A program made the translations under genes and the position numbers. DNA of 64,000 bases from positions 62,001-126,000 of the forward strand of contig JBLDXI010000056.1 in assembly GCA_047495785.1 (NCBI GenBank), in the 5' to 3' direction. Source of the stretch: Lepidodermella squamata (taxonomy: Eukaryota > Animalia > Gastrotricha). Below are positions 31,801-43,742 of this stretch, one piece after another; position 1 is the stretch's first letter, and each line of letters begins with the position of its first letter. A model generated the notes under the pieces. The model had not been told where the DNA came from, searched no databases, and saw only the letters and a program-made list of their open reading frames with translations.

Positions 31801-32573
31801 TGGATCGAATTTCCCACTCTACACAACGTTAGGGTTTTAGGTAGACTCACTTATGGAAATCGATTTTTTAATGGGGCATACGCAATATCGTGGTGTTCGA
31901 AAGACCAGAAATTTGCTTACTTGATCGGCTTCCTCCAATCCTCTAAGCAGTGAGCAGCTGTCAGGAGCCAATCAGGCGATATCACGTTTCCACCACACAT
32001 TTCCTTCTGAGATTGAGTCTCGACAGCGATCAACATTTTAGCCATCCATGGATAGTCTTCGATTCTTGAAAATCGTCCTCCCACGATTTGATCCCTCGGC
32101 ATTCTTGAATCGAATGACTTCTGGTTAGGCTTTGGAGGATTTCCACACTGGCTGTAGTCATTATTTGCCGATGTTGTTTCGTCTTCGATTGCGAGGCTAG
32201 GTGCCGAGCGTTTGGGAGCTACTATGCCTCTGCACTGGCCAAATTTCGGCTGGCTCCATTGGCCATTCGCCTGACAGGTGACTGATAAACTGGTTCCTTC
32301 GGCTGAGTTATCGATGAAAAGTCTCGAGCCAGGGTTGCAGTAGAGCTTGATCGTTTCGCCTCGCCTAACCCACGTCGAGTCAAGAGGCTTGCCATTTTTC
32401 AGGTAAAACGAGTTGCCAATCACAGGTATCGTACATTGTTCCTAAATCCAGTGAAAAATTCAACCGAGTTTATCGTCTCGGGTAATAAATACCGTTTTAG
32501 CCTGCTGGCTTGATACTTGTTTGCCAAATTCTAAGAACAGCACAATCGCTACAAGGATACCTAGTCGCCTCAT
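28872..32573 (-). CDS. Secreted mosaic serine protease C, close paralogue of gene A
   Basis: Exon-by-exon similarity to 21190-24844; signal exon MRRLGILVAIVLFL at 32573; intact triad in domain 1. Confidence 0.88.
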
Positions 32574-33084
32574 AAAAATGACGCCGTGTATAAACTGTGG
32601 CTTAGCGTGTAAGTGATGAAGTGAACCATTTGAAGAAGTTTGAGCATGTATTAGATATGGCAACATTAGATAAACGCCTCCACTACTCACCGATGCACTC
32701 CTTTTCTGCCAATTTGACGCTGATTACGATAGAAATAGATCTGAAATTTTCAATCCGACTATTGGTCATCTTTGGAAATTATCTTTTCAGAAATGAGGCC
32801 TATTTTTAGACTAATATAATATGGATTTTTCGACGGTTTCTTCTCGCATCTGTCCCTGCGAGATATTTTTGGATCGAGTGATGCTTTTTTTCATGCACGA
32901 AATGCAGGCCGGTAACCTGGTGTCACGAATGAATAGAGTGACGATACAGGATTGGTCTCAATTTCCTGAATATCAACAAACGGTTAGACCAATGAATGTG
33001 CTAGGTGATCGATCACTCAGGGCTATTATTGCATCAGGACAAGATTGTGCATGGACATCACCGCATCGGTGGCCTATTGTCAAA

Positions 33085-33195
33085 TTGATAAGATTCTTGA
33101 CGTCAGAAATCGGAACAATATCTGCAGCTTTCCCGCTTGTGGATCCTGCTGATAAGCTTGCGGTCGATACCAGAGGGATTTTAGGCCGTTGATAT
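33085..33195 (+). pseudogene. Remnant of a second copy of protease gene B
   Basis: SAAFPLVDPADKL...ILGR matches 28180-28310 with small deletions. Confidence 0.75.
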
Positions 33196-34009
33196 ATTTT
33201 TGTTGGACCTGATATTTTCTCTCTTGGCAAGACTTTCAAGACATACATTTTTTCCATCCTTTGTTTTTTCGTTTTTTTTCAATCAATGGATCTAAGGAAG
33301 TTTCTAGTAAAGCATACTCCGACCACTTCCGTTCTGTGATGCTGAGAGTAACGCAAGCTTTCAAGTAAAACAAAAAGGTTCCTGGGAGTGATTTTAAGAG
33401 TGGGACAAGTGGCAATTCGAAAACAGCAACCATTCAAGCATTTTTTACGATCGTTAGATTTGCACCCAAGCTCAGCAAACTTAACAAGAAGGAAAAAACT
33501 GGAAATAACATTTGAAAACGTAAAGAAAAATGAACAGGTTGCATTGTACGCCCTCCTGTTGCTGTGCGATGTCATGAAAATGAGCCTTACCCCTGCGGGT
33601 TTAGGGAACTACTGGTGAATAGCGATCAGCTTTCGGACTCAAAAATTCAGCTTCACCGACAGATTCAGCTGCTTTTTCTTCGACAATTTTCAACATCGAA
33701 ATTTGCGGCTAATGTTTTTATTTTAAGACAAAAACCCGCCGATTTCAGACTTCTCATACGATTTATTCTTCTTTTTTCAATAGTTTTCCACAACACAAAT
33801 ATAAGAAACTAATGTAAGCGGAAAAGGCCTCTCTTTCAACAATTCTCGCTCAAATGCAGTAGGAAAAATAGACCGAAACAGAAAAACATTTCATCGTACA
33901 ACTCGGGATCAACATTATACAAAAAAATAATCAAATTCTAGGAAAAATACGTGCTTATGTTATGATTTCTCATTTTCGAAAGTTCAATCACTTCTCATTT
34001 TTTTTTGGC

Positions 34010-35880
34010 TCATCTTGTGCAGGGGTGAGGCACTTGGCCCTGCGAGAACTGCGTTATCTGCTGTTGCAGCTGCCGGCCCTGTTCGAGCACGCGGCAGTGC
34101 GTCGCTCGAATTTGCTCGGCAATGTTGCACAGCGGCGGTTCAGGGATTTGCAGCGACGAATTGCCGCGAGTATTTCGCAGGTACAACCGCGAGTTGTTGT
34201 GCGATACAAAGTGAACGGACTGGTCGCGGGGAACGGCGAACCGCCGGCCCTGCGCCGCTGATCTCACGTCCAGGTCAGTGTACGATGTCGAGTAGGTTGT
34301 GTCGAAACTCGGCGCCTTACCCTCCTCCGTCAACTCTTTGTTCCAGCGCTTGTTTCTTTCCACCGTCAAGCCCCAATTCGTCGGAGGATCTGGAGAAAAA
34401 TAAATATTTGAAGTTCAGGAAAGTTGAATAATTTTCAAGAAAATTGAGATAAATTATCCGAAAAAATTATGCGGTAAATTTTCCAGATTTTTCATGTATT
34501 TCTTATCTCAGTATTTCTTTTTTAAATTAGCTTCAATCGATTGATTTGAACAGTTTGAAATCAGAATTTTATCAAACAAATTCTTCCGAAATTCAATTTA
34601 ATTCCGCAGAAATGTAGTCCAATCAGACGAAACTCCGAAAAATTACCAAACCAGTTACCATCGGGTATTCTGTGGTAAATTTATTATTTATTCGGTAAAA
34701 ATGCGGATAGACAATTGGAGGTGCTTCTGCTAGGTTTAGTCAAAGAAAAATGGATAAATTTCTCGCAAAAATGTCTGAAAAATAGAAAATTATTGCACAA
34801 TTCGTGGGACGCGCTGCAAACGAATTTTGGAGCTTTTGAAAAGAATTGGAACGAAACTTTAGTTTGGGGACATTTCCAAACTGATTCGAATCGGGATGTT
34901 TTTGTTAATATATTTTGGAAAAATTTAAGCATATAAAGTATAAATTACAAATTCAAACTCAATCTCAAATTTTTAATTGAGACTTTAGGCAACACCATTT
35001 GAATCTTAAGAGTGTTCAACTTTCTCTGGTGATTTTTCAATAATTTTCAAAAATTCCTCGAAGTCACCGAAAATCATAAACCGCGAATTCAACGCTAATT
35101 AAACAAAAAATCGTTCGAAAACAAAATAAAATCGATCGATTTCATAGAAGTTCTGGCTTAATTTTTTCTCGTGTGATTTGGCCATCAGATTAGATGGAAT
35201 AATTACTTACGGCTTATCGGATGGTCAGATTTTTCCGGCAGCCAAGCGATGTGATGCAAGTCCCATCGCCGGAGAGGCGGCAACTTTTCGCCCTCAGGCC
35301 GTTCTTTCCTGTTGTAGTCCTCGTCGTACCACGTCACCAGGTAGGGGTAATTGCTGCCGGCCGATTTGCTAGCATTCGGCTGTTCGCTGTACTTCATCAT
35401 GACATTGGAAGAGCCGAGTTCGAGCCGAACCTTCTCCTTCAACCGCAACATCTTATCCGGCCGTTGTGAGCTGAAATCGCGAAATTCGTGCCGGTGCTCC
35501 GATGATATAGGAAAACGATAATTTTCCCACTACAAAAAAATAAAAATAGCCTCAATAAAAGTTTTGAAACAAGTTCAATAATTAAATTTCTGGTTAATTG
35601 TCGACTCAATTTCAATTAGTAGGTATTATTTTGATATCAAATTTTTGGTTCATTCTGATGTTAATCGGCTTTTAGCTCAGGTTTGTTTCATACCTCATGG
35701 ACAGATTTAAGATTCAACTGAGACTTTAATACGATTTTTTCTATTTAATTGAAGCGTAAACGAAATAGTAAATCAACTCACATTTTGCCGTTCTTCGAGC
35801 CAGTTTCCAACGAGGACGTTCTTATCGTAACGAGTCTCCGGTTTCCACCCATCACTAGCAGCTGGCACTGAAGTAGTCAT
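34010..35880 (-). CDS. CFAP107: Ciliary microtubule inner protein CFAP107 (C1orf158) homologue; three coding exons
   Basis: Exon 1 WKPETRYDKNVLVGNWLEER; exon 2 YDEDYNR...LPPLRRW...WLPEKSDHP; exon 3 PPTNWGL. These match recalled human C1orf158 motifs. Confidence 0.8.
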
Positions 35881-36200
35881 GACTTTTGGCAACAAATTAT
35901 GTCCTAATGATTGTCTAAAATAAAATAAAAAAATTAATTAGGAATATTTGGGATTTTATTACCGCGAGGCATTTTTTGTCAATATCAAAACATCATTTTG
36001 AAAATTTCAAAAAACATGCTCAAAACAAGAGTAAATGACTAGTATTCAATAGCTTGATCTGAAATTATTTTTCAAAAATGATATAAAAAAAATTCAGATA
36101 AAATTTGGCACGAATGGAAAAGTTGCATCAAGTAAAGAAAAGAAACATAGAGGAAGAATTGATAGTGGGTCTCACTGCAATCGAAAAAATAGCAGAAAAA

Positions 36201-37922
36201 TTATTTAGGTTCATTAATATCTGCGCTATTCATGGTGCCATTTCGAGGTTTGGACAAGTTTTTCAAACTTCGCATCGTTGTTGTTGTAAATTCGCGATGA
36301 ATGCGCTGAGGCGAGTTGGGAGGCTGAACAGCGTTCGAAGTAGAAGTTTTCGCCAAATTTTGACCTCGGTTTTGCGAAAGCGTTGTGGTAACTACCCGCG
36401 GCTTGCGAGCTTTTGCTTCATTCGACAAATTTTGTGAAAATAACTTAGTCAACGAATTGGCATTTCTATCGTATTCATTTAATGGCGTAGTTATGGGTGA
36501 ATAAAGCGGAGATTGAAACCAGGTTAAACTTCGCTGAAGTGCGAACGGCGTGGGTTGAATTGGTGTGGGTTGAACTTGCCGATTGATTATCGGGAAAGAT
36601 GAGACGGAGGAAGACGAGCCAAGATCGTGGTCTTGCTTTTTGACAACTTTATTAGTTGAATTCTGGCCAATCATCGATGAAAACAATTTCATGCCGAATT
36701 CGCGGTGACTTTTGACCAGTTGATAAGTTATTTCTTGCTGCTTTTCTGACTCCCGTTCCTTCTCAAGGTCGACCTCCGCGTCCATTAGCATTTCTTCTTC
36801 TTTACTCATTGTGATGTTAGGTGGCTTAGGGGTTACTGAAGTGTTGTTGGGTAGAGATTCTGAAAAATCAACGCCGATTTTCGCACCAAATTCCCAACGC
36901 TTGCTACTGCGATTCGAAACCGCGGATTTGGGGTTCAAAATGTTTGTTATCCTTGAATAATTGGTTATTTGTGGCTGCGCGCCTCGCCGTTCAATTTCAA
37001 AAGCCGGGTGGTTAACACAAGCATCAGCAGTAAGCCGCTCATTCGGGTCATTGATAACACATTTCTTTAAAATATCAAACATTTCATCGCCAAGAATCGC
37101 CTGAAAGCGCTCAAGCGAGTCCTTCTTTGTAGGCATCTTTTGACCAATAGACGTGTTAGTGAGAAATTGAAATTTTTGAGAAGCGAGCATTGCGTCGACT
37201 TGATCTGAGGTAAAGGGGCCAAGAGCGGACGTGATTTGGTAAAGTTGGTCGATATCAGTATCGCCGCAGAATAAGGGTTCACCGGTTGCCATTTCAACAA
37301 GAATGCATCCAATAGTCCAAACATCAACAGGCTTTCCGTATGGCAGCCGTAAAATTAACTCAGGTGGACGGTACCATCTAGTCGCAACATAAACTGTTAA
37401 CTGAAATCCAGAAGTTGAAGCTGGCCCATCAAGGTCCTCATCTGAAGCGAGAGAAGCGCTTTGAGGTGTCGGTAAGAATCGAGCAAATCCGAAATCACAC
37501 AATTTAAGCACATCTTTCTCAGAGACTAGCAAATTTTCAGGCTTGACATCCCGATGAACAATACTTTTAGAGTGACAAAATTGCAACGCGCAGGCAAGTT
37601 GGTAAGTGTAACTACGGAACTTGTGACAAGCAATACCATGTGGACTTTCATTTAGCACATCGAGCAAAGTCCGATCGACGCATTCTAGCACCAGAAATAA
37701 TCTGTCTTTGGACTTGAAAGCGCCCAACAGCTGATTGACGTTTGGGTGTTTAAGCACGGTTAAGATTCGAATTTCACGCAAGCCGACTTTCCGAGGATCT
37801 CCATTTATGCTATGTTTGATTTTTTTGATAGCCACGATATCGTTTGTCTCCTTGCATCTGCACTTGTAAACAACTCCATAGCCACCCTCGCCAATCAGCC
37901 GCACAACTTCAAATTTTTCCAT
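36201..37922 (-). CDS. Cyclin-dependent kinase-like (CDKL family) Ser/Thr kinase, intronless
   Basis: MEKFEVVRLIGEGGYGVVYKC, VAIKK, HRDVKPEN, LCDFGFAR, YVATRWYR, GDTDIDQLY. Confidence 0.92.
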   Translation of the reverse strand: MEKFEVVRLIGEGGYGVVYKCRCKETNDIVAIKKIKHSINGDPRKVGLREIRILTVLKHPNVNQLLGAFKSKDRLFLVLECVDRTLLDVLNESPHGIACHKFRSYTYQLACALQFCHSKSIVHRDVKPENLLVSEKDVLKLCDFGFARFLPTPQSASLASDEDLDGPASTSGFQLTVYVATRWYRPPELILRLPYGKPVDVWTIGCILVEMATGEPLFCGDTDIDQLYQITSALGPFTSDQVDAMLASQKFQFLTNTSIGQKMPTKKDSLERFQAILGDEMFDILKKCVINDPNERLTADACVNHPAFEIERRGAQPQITNYSRITNILNPKSAVSNRSSKRWEFGAKIGVDFSESLPNNTSVTPKPPNITMSKEEEMLMDAEVDLEKERESEKQQEITYQLVKSHREFGMKLFSSMIGQNSTNKVVKKQDHDLGSSSSVSSFPIINRQVQPTPIQPTPFALQRSLTWFQSPLYSPITTPLNEYDRNANSLTKLFSQNLSNEAKARKPRVVTTTLSQNRGQNLAKTSTSNAVQPPNSPQRIHREFTTTTMRSLKNLSKPRNGTMNSADINEPK

Positions 37923-38613
37923 GTCCTCCTTTGAAGAGGAGCATGGAGGTGAGGGTCCTAAAAATTAACAACACATTTACAGAAGCTTACCCGGATTAAA
38001 CCACAAATCAACAGTAGAATGAAGAATGAGGAGAAATAAGAGAAAGGAAGAGAACTCTTGCAATGACAGTCAACTTGAAATTTTATAGGGTTCTGATCAT
38101 TATTTGATCAAACAAAAAATACTACCGTGTCCGCAATAGTATCATTGACCGCTGTGTCAATTTTTTCGAGAATTGGAAGTTAAAAATGACGACGCTATTG
38201 AAATTCAATCAAACCGGCCGAATTCGCCCGATCCGCCCAGACTTATACAGGCGGAGTGCGTGATTTTTGTGCTGCAAAAACTGTCGCGAGGAAAAACTGG
38301 AAAAGCTGAATTCAGATCTGAATGCTGAGCCTCTAAAACTTTTTTAAACTGAGTGTTGTCGGTGATATAAGTGGGAGAGAATCTTAGGGACATTCATGGG
38401 AGTAATTTAGAATTAAAAATTTCAAAGCTGACACATCTGACACAGAAATTAGAGTGCTCGAACAATCGCCTGAAATCAGCTGGGCGGATGGGAAGATTTC
38501 GGCCAGTTTTCGTACAGCCTTAACGGTGGTAGATAGAGATAAACGGATTTCAAAATCGGGATGAGGGCCATTGAAAACCCATAGAACTGCCGTCAACTTT
38601 TTTTCGGTAAAAA

Positions 38614-39257
38614 CTATTTGACATGCATGCATGCATGTTAAATAACGTTTTGATTCCTTATTTGACATGCATGCATGTTAAATAGCGCTCTGATTCCTTA
38701 TTTGACATGCATGCATGTAGGATAACGCTTTGTGTCCTTATTCTACATGCATGCCCTCTGTCTCTAAACAGCGTAATATCTTGTCGTTTGACAAAAAGAA
38801 GTTTTCTAGAAAACAATCTGTAAAAAATCACAATTTTTGGGACATGGGTCATGTTTGCGACATATGCGGCTGAAAAGGGTACCTTTGAAACTTGTCTTTG
38901 TGTGTACTGATAAGTTGGTTATTCTTTCAAAAATTTATTACTGTTCACATTGTCAAATAACTACATTTTTAATTCCGTTTGGATTTATGGATTTATGGAG
39001 ATATCCATAACATTTAACATTGCTGCTTTACCAGCCAATTCCTACTGGGAACATGTCCCTAGCTCCCAAACCCTCACTTGGTATAAGTCTTGGCACTCAA
39101 AAGCCTTGGATCTGTTTGCCACAGGCATAATGTTTAACAAGATTTACTTAATGATGATAATTGCAAAGGCGCGCCTCCGATTTTGCCACCTTTTTAGCGT
39201 GCATGTCAAATAAGGAAACCAAGTCTTATTTAACATGCATGCATGCATGTCAAATAG
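38614..39257. mobile_element. MITE-like element with (CATG)n-rich terminal inverted repeats
   Basis: CTATTTGACATGCATGCATGCATGTTAAATAA at 38614 is inverted at 39226-39257, with internal sub-repeats of the same unit. No clear TSD. Confidence 0.7.
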
Positions 39258-40304
39258 GTACGACCTTTTTTTCTACCGCAGATAAATAATTCCGCCATGA
39301 AAGGGTTAATAAGAAAGTAAATAACATTTGGATGAGTTATAAGTAAAAATGCTTTATGCTCAGCATAAATCAAGTTTTACAAGGCTTGATAATCAAGAAA
39401 AGCCTCCCGGCGCACCTGACGAACAATCAGGGACTCCAAGCGGATCCAACTGAAAAACAGCAGACCAGGCCAATCCCGAATGTCAAACACGTCACTAAGG
39501 ACGCTGAATTATAAAAATACAAATTTTATGCTGAATTTGCAAAAAAACAATACAAACAATTATTTTATTTTATTTACTGTCATTTTTCAATATCCGTATA
39601 AAACAGGACGCGTTTTTTATTAATCAGAATTCTCTGACAGCAGAAAACTCCACGAATCCCGGAGTCATGTGTAGCGGTAGAGTTACGTGTCAAAGCCTGT
39701 CCAGACTCTTTTTGACCCAAGCTTAAGACACTTGCTGTTGAGTCGTAGCTGTATATTCGTAATGATTGATATTACAGAGGCTTTCCTCGTGCCTGTGGCC
39801 TGTGGATATTGGGAGTCGATAGTGCGAAGTGAAAAGGCTTTATTTTTTCTTTCCAAATCCCTGTCATTCCAACGTGTCTAAGGAGTTCACGAGCGGTCGA
39901 ATGTTGAAGTTAACGTATCTGATCCCAGATACTGCCGTGAATTTCTCGGCCGATCTCTGCGATTTTCTTTAAGTTTTCAGATTCCATGTCGTGTGGCCTG
40001 TTGCCTGCTGAACTCCGGTGTTCGACCCGTTATGTCTCTGAAAGAAACAAGCTACAAGCTTCATATGTTGTATCTACCTATTTAGGAAATTGTATCCATT
40101 TCTGACTACTTATCCTATCTCCTATCTGAGCCAATCTTAGTCATTCGTCATTCATCTGCCTTATCTGCCTGTCGTTATATCTAATATCTCTTATCTCTTA
40201 TCTTTCGGCCATTGAAATTCGCCCATTTACTTGATCTGTAGTGAAACTATAAACTAAATTGCTGAATTATTTTTAGAAAGCTTAAATTGAATGTTCGAAT
40301 CGTG

Positions 40305-41200
40305 ATGTCAGCTCCCTCAGCGGCGAATCGATTACGAACAGATTTCTTGCGTCTTAGCCAAGATCCGGTTCCCTATGTGTTAGCCAGACCTCTGCCACAG
40401 AACATTCTTGAATGGTTTGTTTTTTATATCAACTATTCTGCTGGGGATATGCAATGTTTTCCCGATTATAGGCATTACGTTGTTCGTGGTCCGGAAAAGA
40501 CTCCTTATGAAGGCGGACTTTACCATGGGAAGCTAATTTTCCCTAAGGACTACCCGTTCAAACCTCCAGCAATTTATATGCTAACGCCTAGTGGCCGATT
40601 CAAAACCAACACAAAATTGTGCCTTTCAATCTCCGACTTTCACCCGGAAACGTGGAACCCCGCCTGGTCTGTAGGCACCATTCTAACGGGTCTCCTCAGC
40701 TTTCTCACCGAAAACACTCCAACCCTAGGCTCGATTGACACTTCAGACTCTCGTCGTCAGCAAATGGCGATTGAAAGCCACGCGTTCAACGTAAATGACC
40801 GCGTTTTTTGCGATTTGTTCCCCGAACTTGCCGAAGAGTGCCGAAAAAATGTTGCTGAAGCGAAAAATCAAGCTGCGTTAAACAGTGCAGTAAGTTCTTC
40901 TTGGGTTGCCGAAGTCTTGCACTGATATCCTATTTATAGACTTCGAATGACGGTGTCACTAAGCGGAAGGACAGGAGTTCTGATGAAGACGGCGAAAAGG
41001 ACGACGCTGTCGACGCCGATGAGGCTGATAACCAAGGCAATTTGTTGGGCTACATTTGGCGACTGGCTCGTGGCCACATAGGGCCGCAAATGCGAGCTCG
41101 CATTCGCTCGTTATTCGTCAACGTAGCCGTTTTCGGCGCCTTGGCTGTCTTCCTGTACTTTGCCACTAATATGGTGCGATCTCAAGCCGAGATTGCTTGA
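40305..41200 (+). CDS. UBE2J2: ER-anchored ubiquitin-conjugating enzyme (Ubc6/UBE2J2-like); introns 40415-40471 and 40890-40939
   Basis: YPFKPPAIYMLTPSGRF...LCLSISDFHPETWNPAWSV; the spliced last exon ends in a transmembrane tail. Confidence 0.9.
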
Positions 41201-41346
41201 TATAAGATCCGTTGCTTGGTTGTAATATCGTAATAAATTCATCTCGATGTTATCTATACATAGAAATATCTATATGTACTTGTTTCTTGCGATCTTCAGA
41301 TTAAACCACAATTTGATTATTTAATTTTTAGGTATTTTTTATATAA

Positions 41347-42060
41347 ATGGCGTTGGTTTGGCTGAAGGGGCTATGGCGACGTTTGGGCATGTGGCAGCAA
41401 TATTGGCTCGACCGAGCGACGCCGTGGACGTCCGCCCGCTGGCTCCTCGCAATTGGTCTCGTTTTATCATTTTTCGCTCGCATCTACTTTGCTCAAGGCT
41501 GGTATATCGTCGCATATGCCTTAGCCATTTACATCCTGAATCTGTTCCTCGCTTTCCTCACGCCGAAAATGGACCCGGCCTTCGCGATTGAGTCCGACAA
41601 CGAGGACGGCCCGATGTCAGGCGACGTGCTGCCGACCTCTTCCTCAGACGAATTCCGGCCGTTCATGCGGCGGCTGCCCGAGTTCAAATTCTGGTGGGCG
41701 ACGTCGAAAGCCACGGCCATCGCGCTGGTGTGCACGTGCTTCGAGGCGTTCAACATTCCGGTATTTTGGCCTATTCTGGTGTTGTATTTCTTCGTGTTGT
41801 TCACGGTGACGATGAAGCGGCAAATTCGGCACATGATCAAGTATCGCTACATTCCGTTCTCGTGGGGCAAGCCGCGCCACACAGAGTCGCACAATTCGCA
41901 TTCGCACGCGCAACACCCGCCGCAGCCCGCGATGCCCGCGACAGCTGCGTGGGTTTCGAAGGGCTCGGGCGGCCCGGCGCTGGGCATTGGAGCTGCGAGT
42001 TCGATGGGCCCGCCGCCTCCAGCCCCGGTCGGCGCCTATGTTGGCGTTGGGCCGAAATAA
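41347..42060 (+). CDS. RER1: ER retrieval receptor Rer1
   Basis: GWYIVAYALAIYILNLFLAFLTPK, DEFRPFMRRLPEFKFW, PVFWPIL, TMKRQIRHMIKYRYIPF. Confidence 0.96.
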   Translation: MALVWLKGLWRRLGMWQQYWLDRATPWTSARWLLAIGLVLSFFARIYFAQGWYIVAYALAIYILNLFLAFLTPKMDPAFAIESDNEDGPMSGDVLPTSSSDEFRPFMRRLPEFKFWWATSKATAIALVCTCFEAFNIPVFWPILVLYFFVLFTVTMKRQIRHMIKYRYIPFSWGKPRHTESHNSHSHAQHPPQPAMPATAAWVSKGSGGPALGIGAASSMGPPPPAPVGAYVGVGPK

Positions 42061-43151
42061 CATTTGCAATAGAAATAAATTATCAACGGAGAAAAAATGA
42101 CGGATGAAATTGAAATGTGAAAATAAAATGAGTTTGTTTAATCGGTCATTTTTTCTCCGCAAAAGCCATCGCCCATTCCAATTTTGCTATTCAAGTCGTG
42201 TTGAGAGGCTGAATTTAATTCAAGACAGCATCCTTAGAGGCGTGATTTTAGTCTGCGAAACTGCGTCGGTGAGCGTCGTTGTATGCATTATTTGTACTTA
42301 CCTGATTGAGCGACTCGTGAATCGGTTAATTTTCGCTGCATGCCTTGTTGGTCACTAGCCGGGGCGTTACCAGCTGCTGCTGCTGCCTTCTTTCATCAAT
42401 TGCGTAACACTTTGAATGTTCGCATCATTAGTGTGAGCGTGTCTCTTCTATATGTGTTTGTGGCGTCTTTTTTCCAGCTTGAAAGTTCAACAAATGTAAA
42501 TACCGTATTGCTTGTGAAAGAATTAATGTAAAACGAAATGTGCATCTTAAATGAATGAATATTATTTATCTGGTGGCTGATGAAATGTGACACAAAATGA
42601 ATAAATATCAGTTTGACGACCAACAATTTTCGGTTTTTTTTTGTTTCAAATCATCGCCGTCAACCATGATGGGAGGTGAGGGGCAAATGACACCATTAAA
42701 CCGCACCAAAATGACTTCTGGCATGAGGTCTGAAGTTGTAGTCGGATTATTTCGCGAAAATGTTGGATTTCGAGGCCAATTTTTTACTATCCTTCAGAAC
42801 CTAATAGATCAGTTATTGTAGTCGGTTTTCGCAGAATTTTCCCGAAAGTATCCGCTGGTGATAGAAAGCTTGGGTTCAAGTGTTCAGTAGGACTCGCACC
42901 TATATTGAACCAATGGATGAGCATACCGACAAAATAGTCCGAGAAGTTACGCAAGTTACGATGGGAAAATAAGAACGCAACTAATGGTAGATGCAGAATC
43001 GGGGAATTTAGTCGAAATTTAATGAGTGTCGGTAGCTGTGAGGATGAGAATCAACCGAAAAGCTGTGTGACGATCGGAAACTGTCGGTTTACTTGGTAGC
43101 AATTTTTCGACAGTTGGGCGGGAGTAAGAGCGTCATATTCTATGTGCTAAA

Positions 43152-43571
43152 CATAGAGAAAAAAATGACCAGAGTAAGTACTCGTCGACCACTCAAGCTA
43201 AAATTTTGATCTCCATTATTATAGAAGTGCGTTCTCAAAACGGATATCTCCGTTTTCTACCAAATTTTGCATGCATATAGAACGCGAGCTGCTCTTTCAC
43301 GTGGTATAAGATTTGAGGTGGGCAACCCAACCGTTGTTACGATACAAAAACCTCGTTTTCACTATGGTTTTACTTATTTTGATGATATCAAGACTGAGCA
43401 GCAATTGCCCACCTCAAATCTTATACCACGTGAAAGAGCAGCTCGCGTTCTATAGGCATGCAAAATTTGGTAGAAAACGGAGATATCCGTTTTGAGAAAG
43501 TCAACTTTGAATTAAAATGAGGATTTAGAAATTTTAGCTTGAGTGCTTTCTCTGGTCATTTTTTCTCTATG
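43152..43571. mobile_element. 420-bp foldback MITE with CATAGAG termini and 8-bp TSD (P-superfamily-like)
   Basis: Long inverted arms (including ~43232-43325 vs ~43405-43498); GTGCTAAA duplicated at 43144-43151 and 43572-43579. Confidence 0.9.
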
Positions 43572-43742
43572 GTGCTAAAGAGCACATTTCTGTGTGAAAT
43601 TATCGGAAAATCAAATCACAAAGTGGTGGACCCAAGTTAATAAAATGTTTAGCACTTAGAACACGTCAGATTTTACTTAATTTTCTTATCGGATCGACTG
43701 GAAAACCATCGTTGCATTACCCCTTATGTTGACTTCAAGCAA

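Noticed and set aside
40415-40471. 19-aa insertion in the UBE2J catalytic domain suggested by the ORF track
   Set aside because: It is a 57-nt GT-AG intron that happens to be stop-free; removing it restores the conserved LEWHYV motif.
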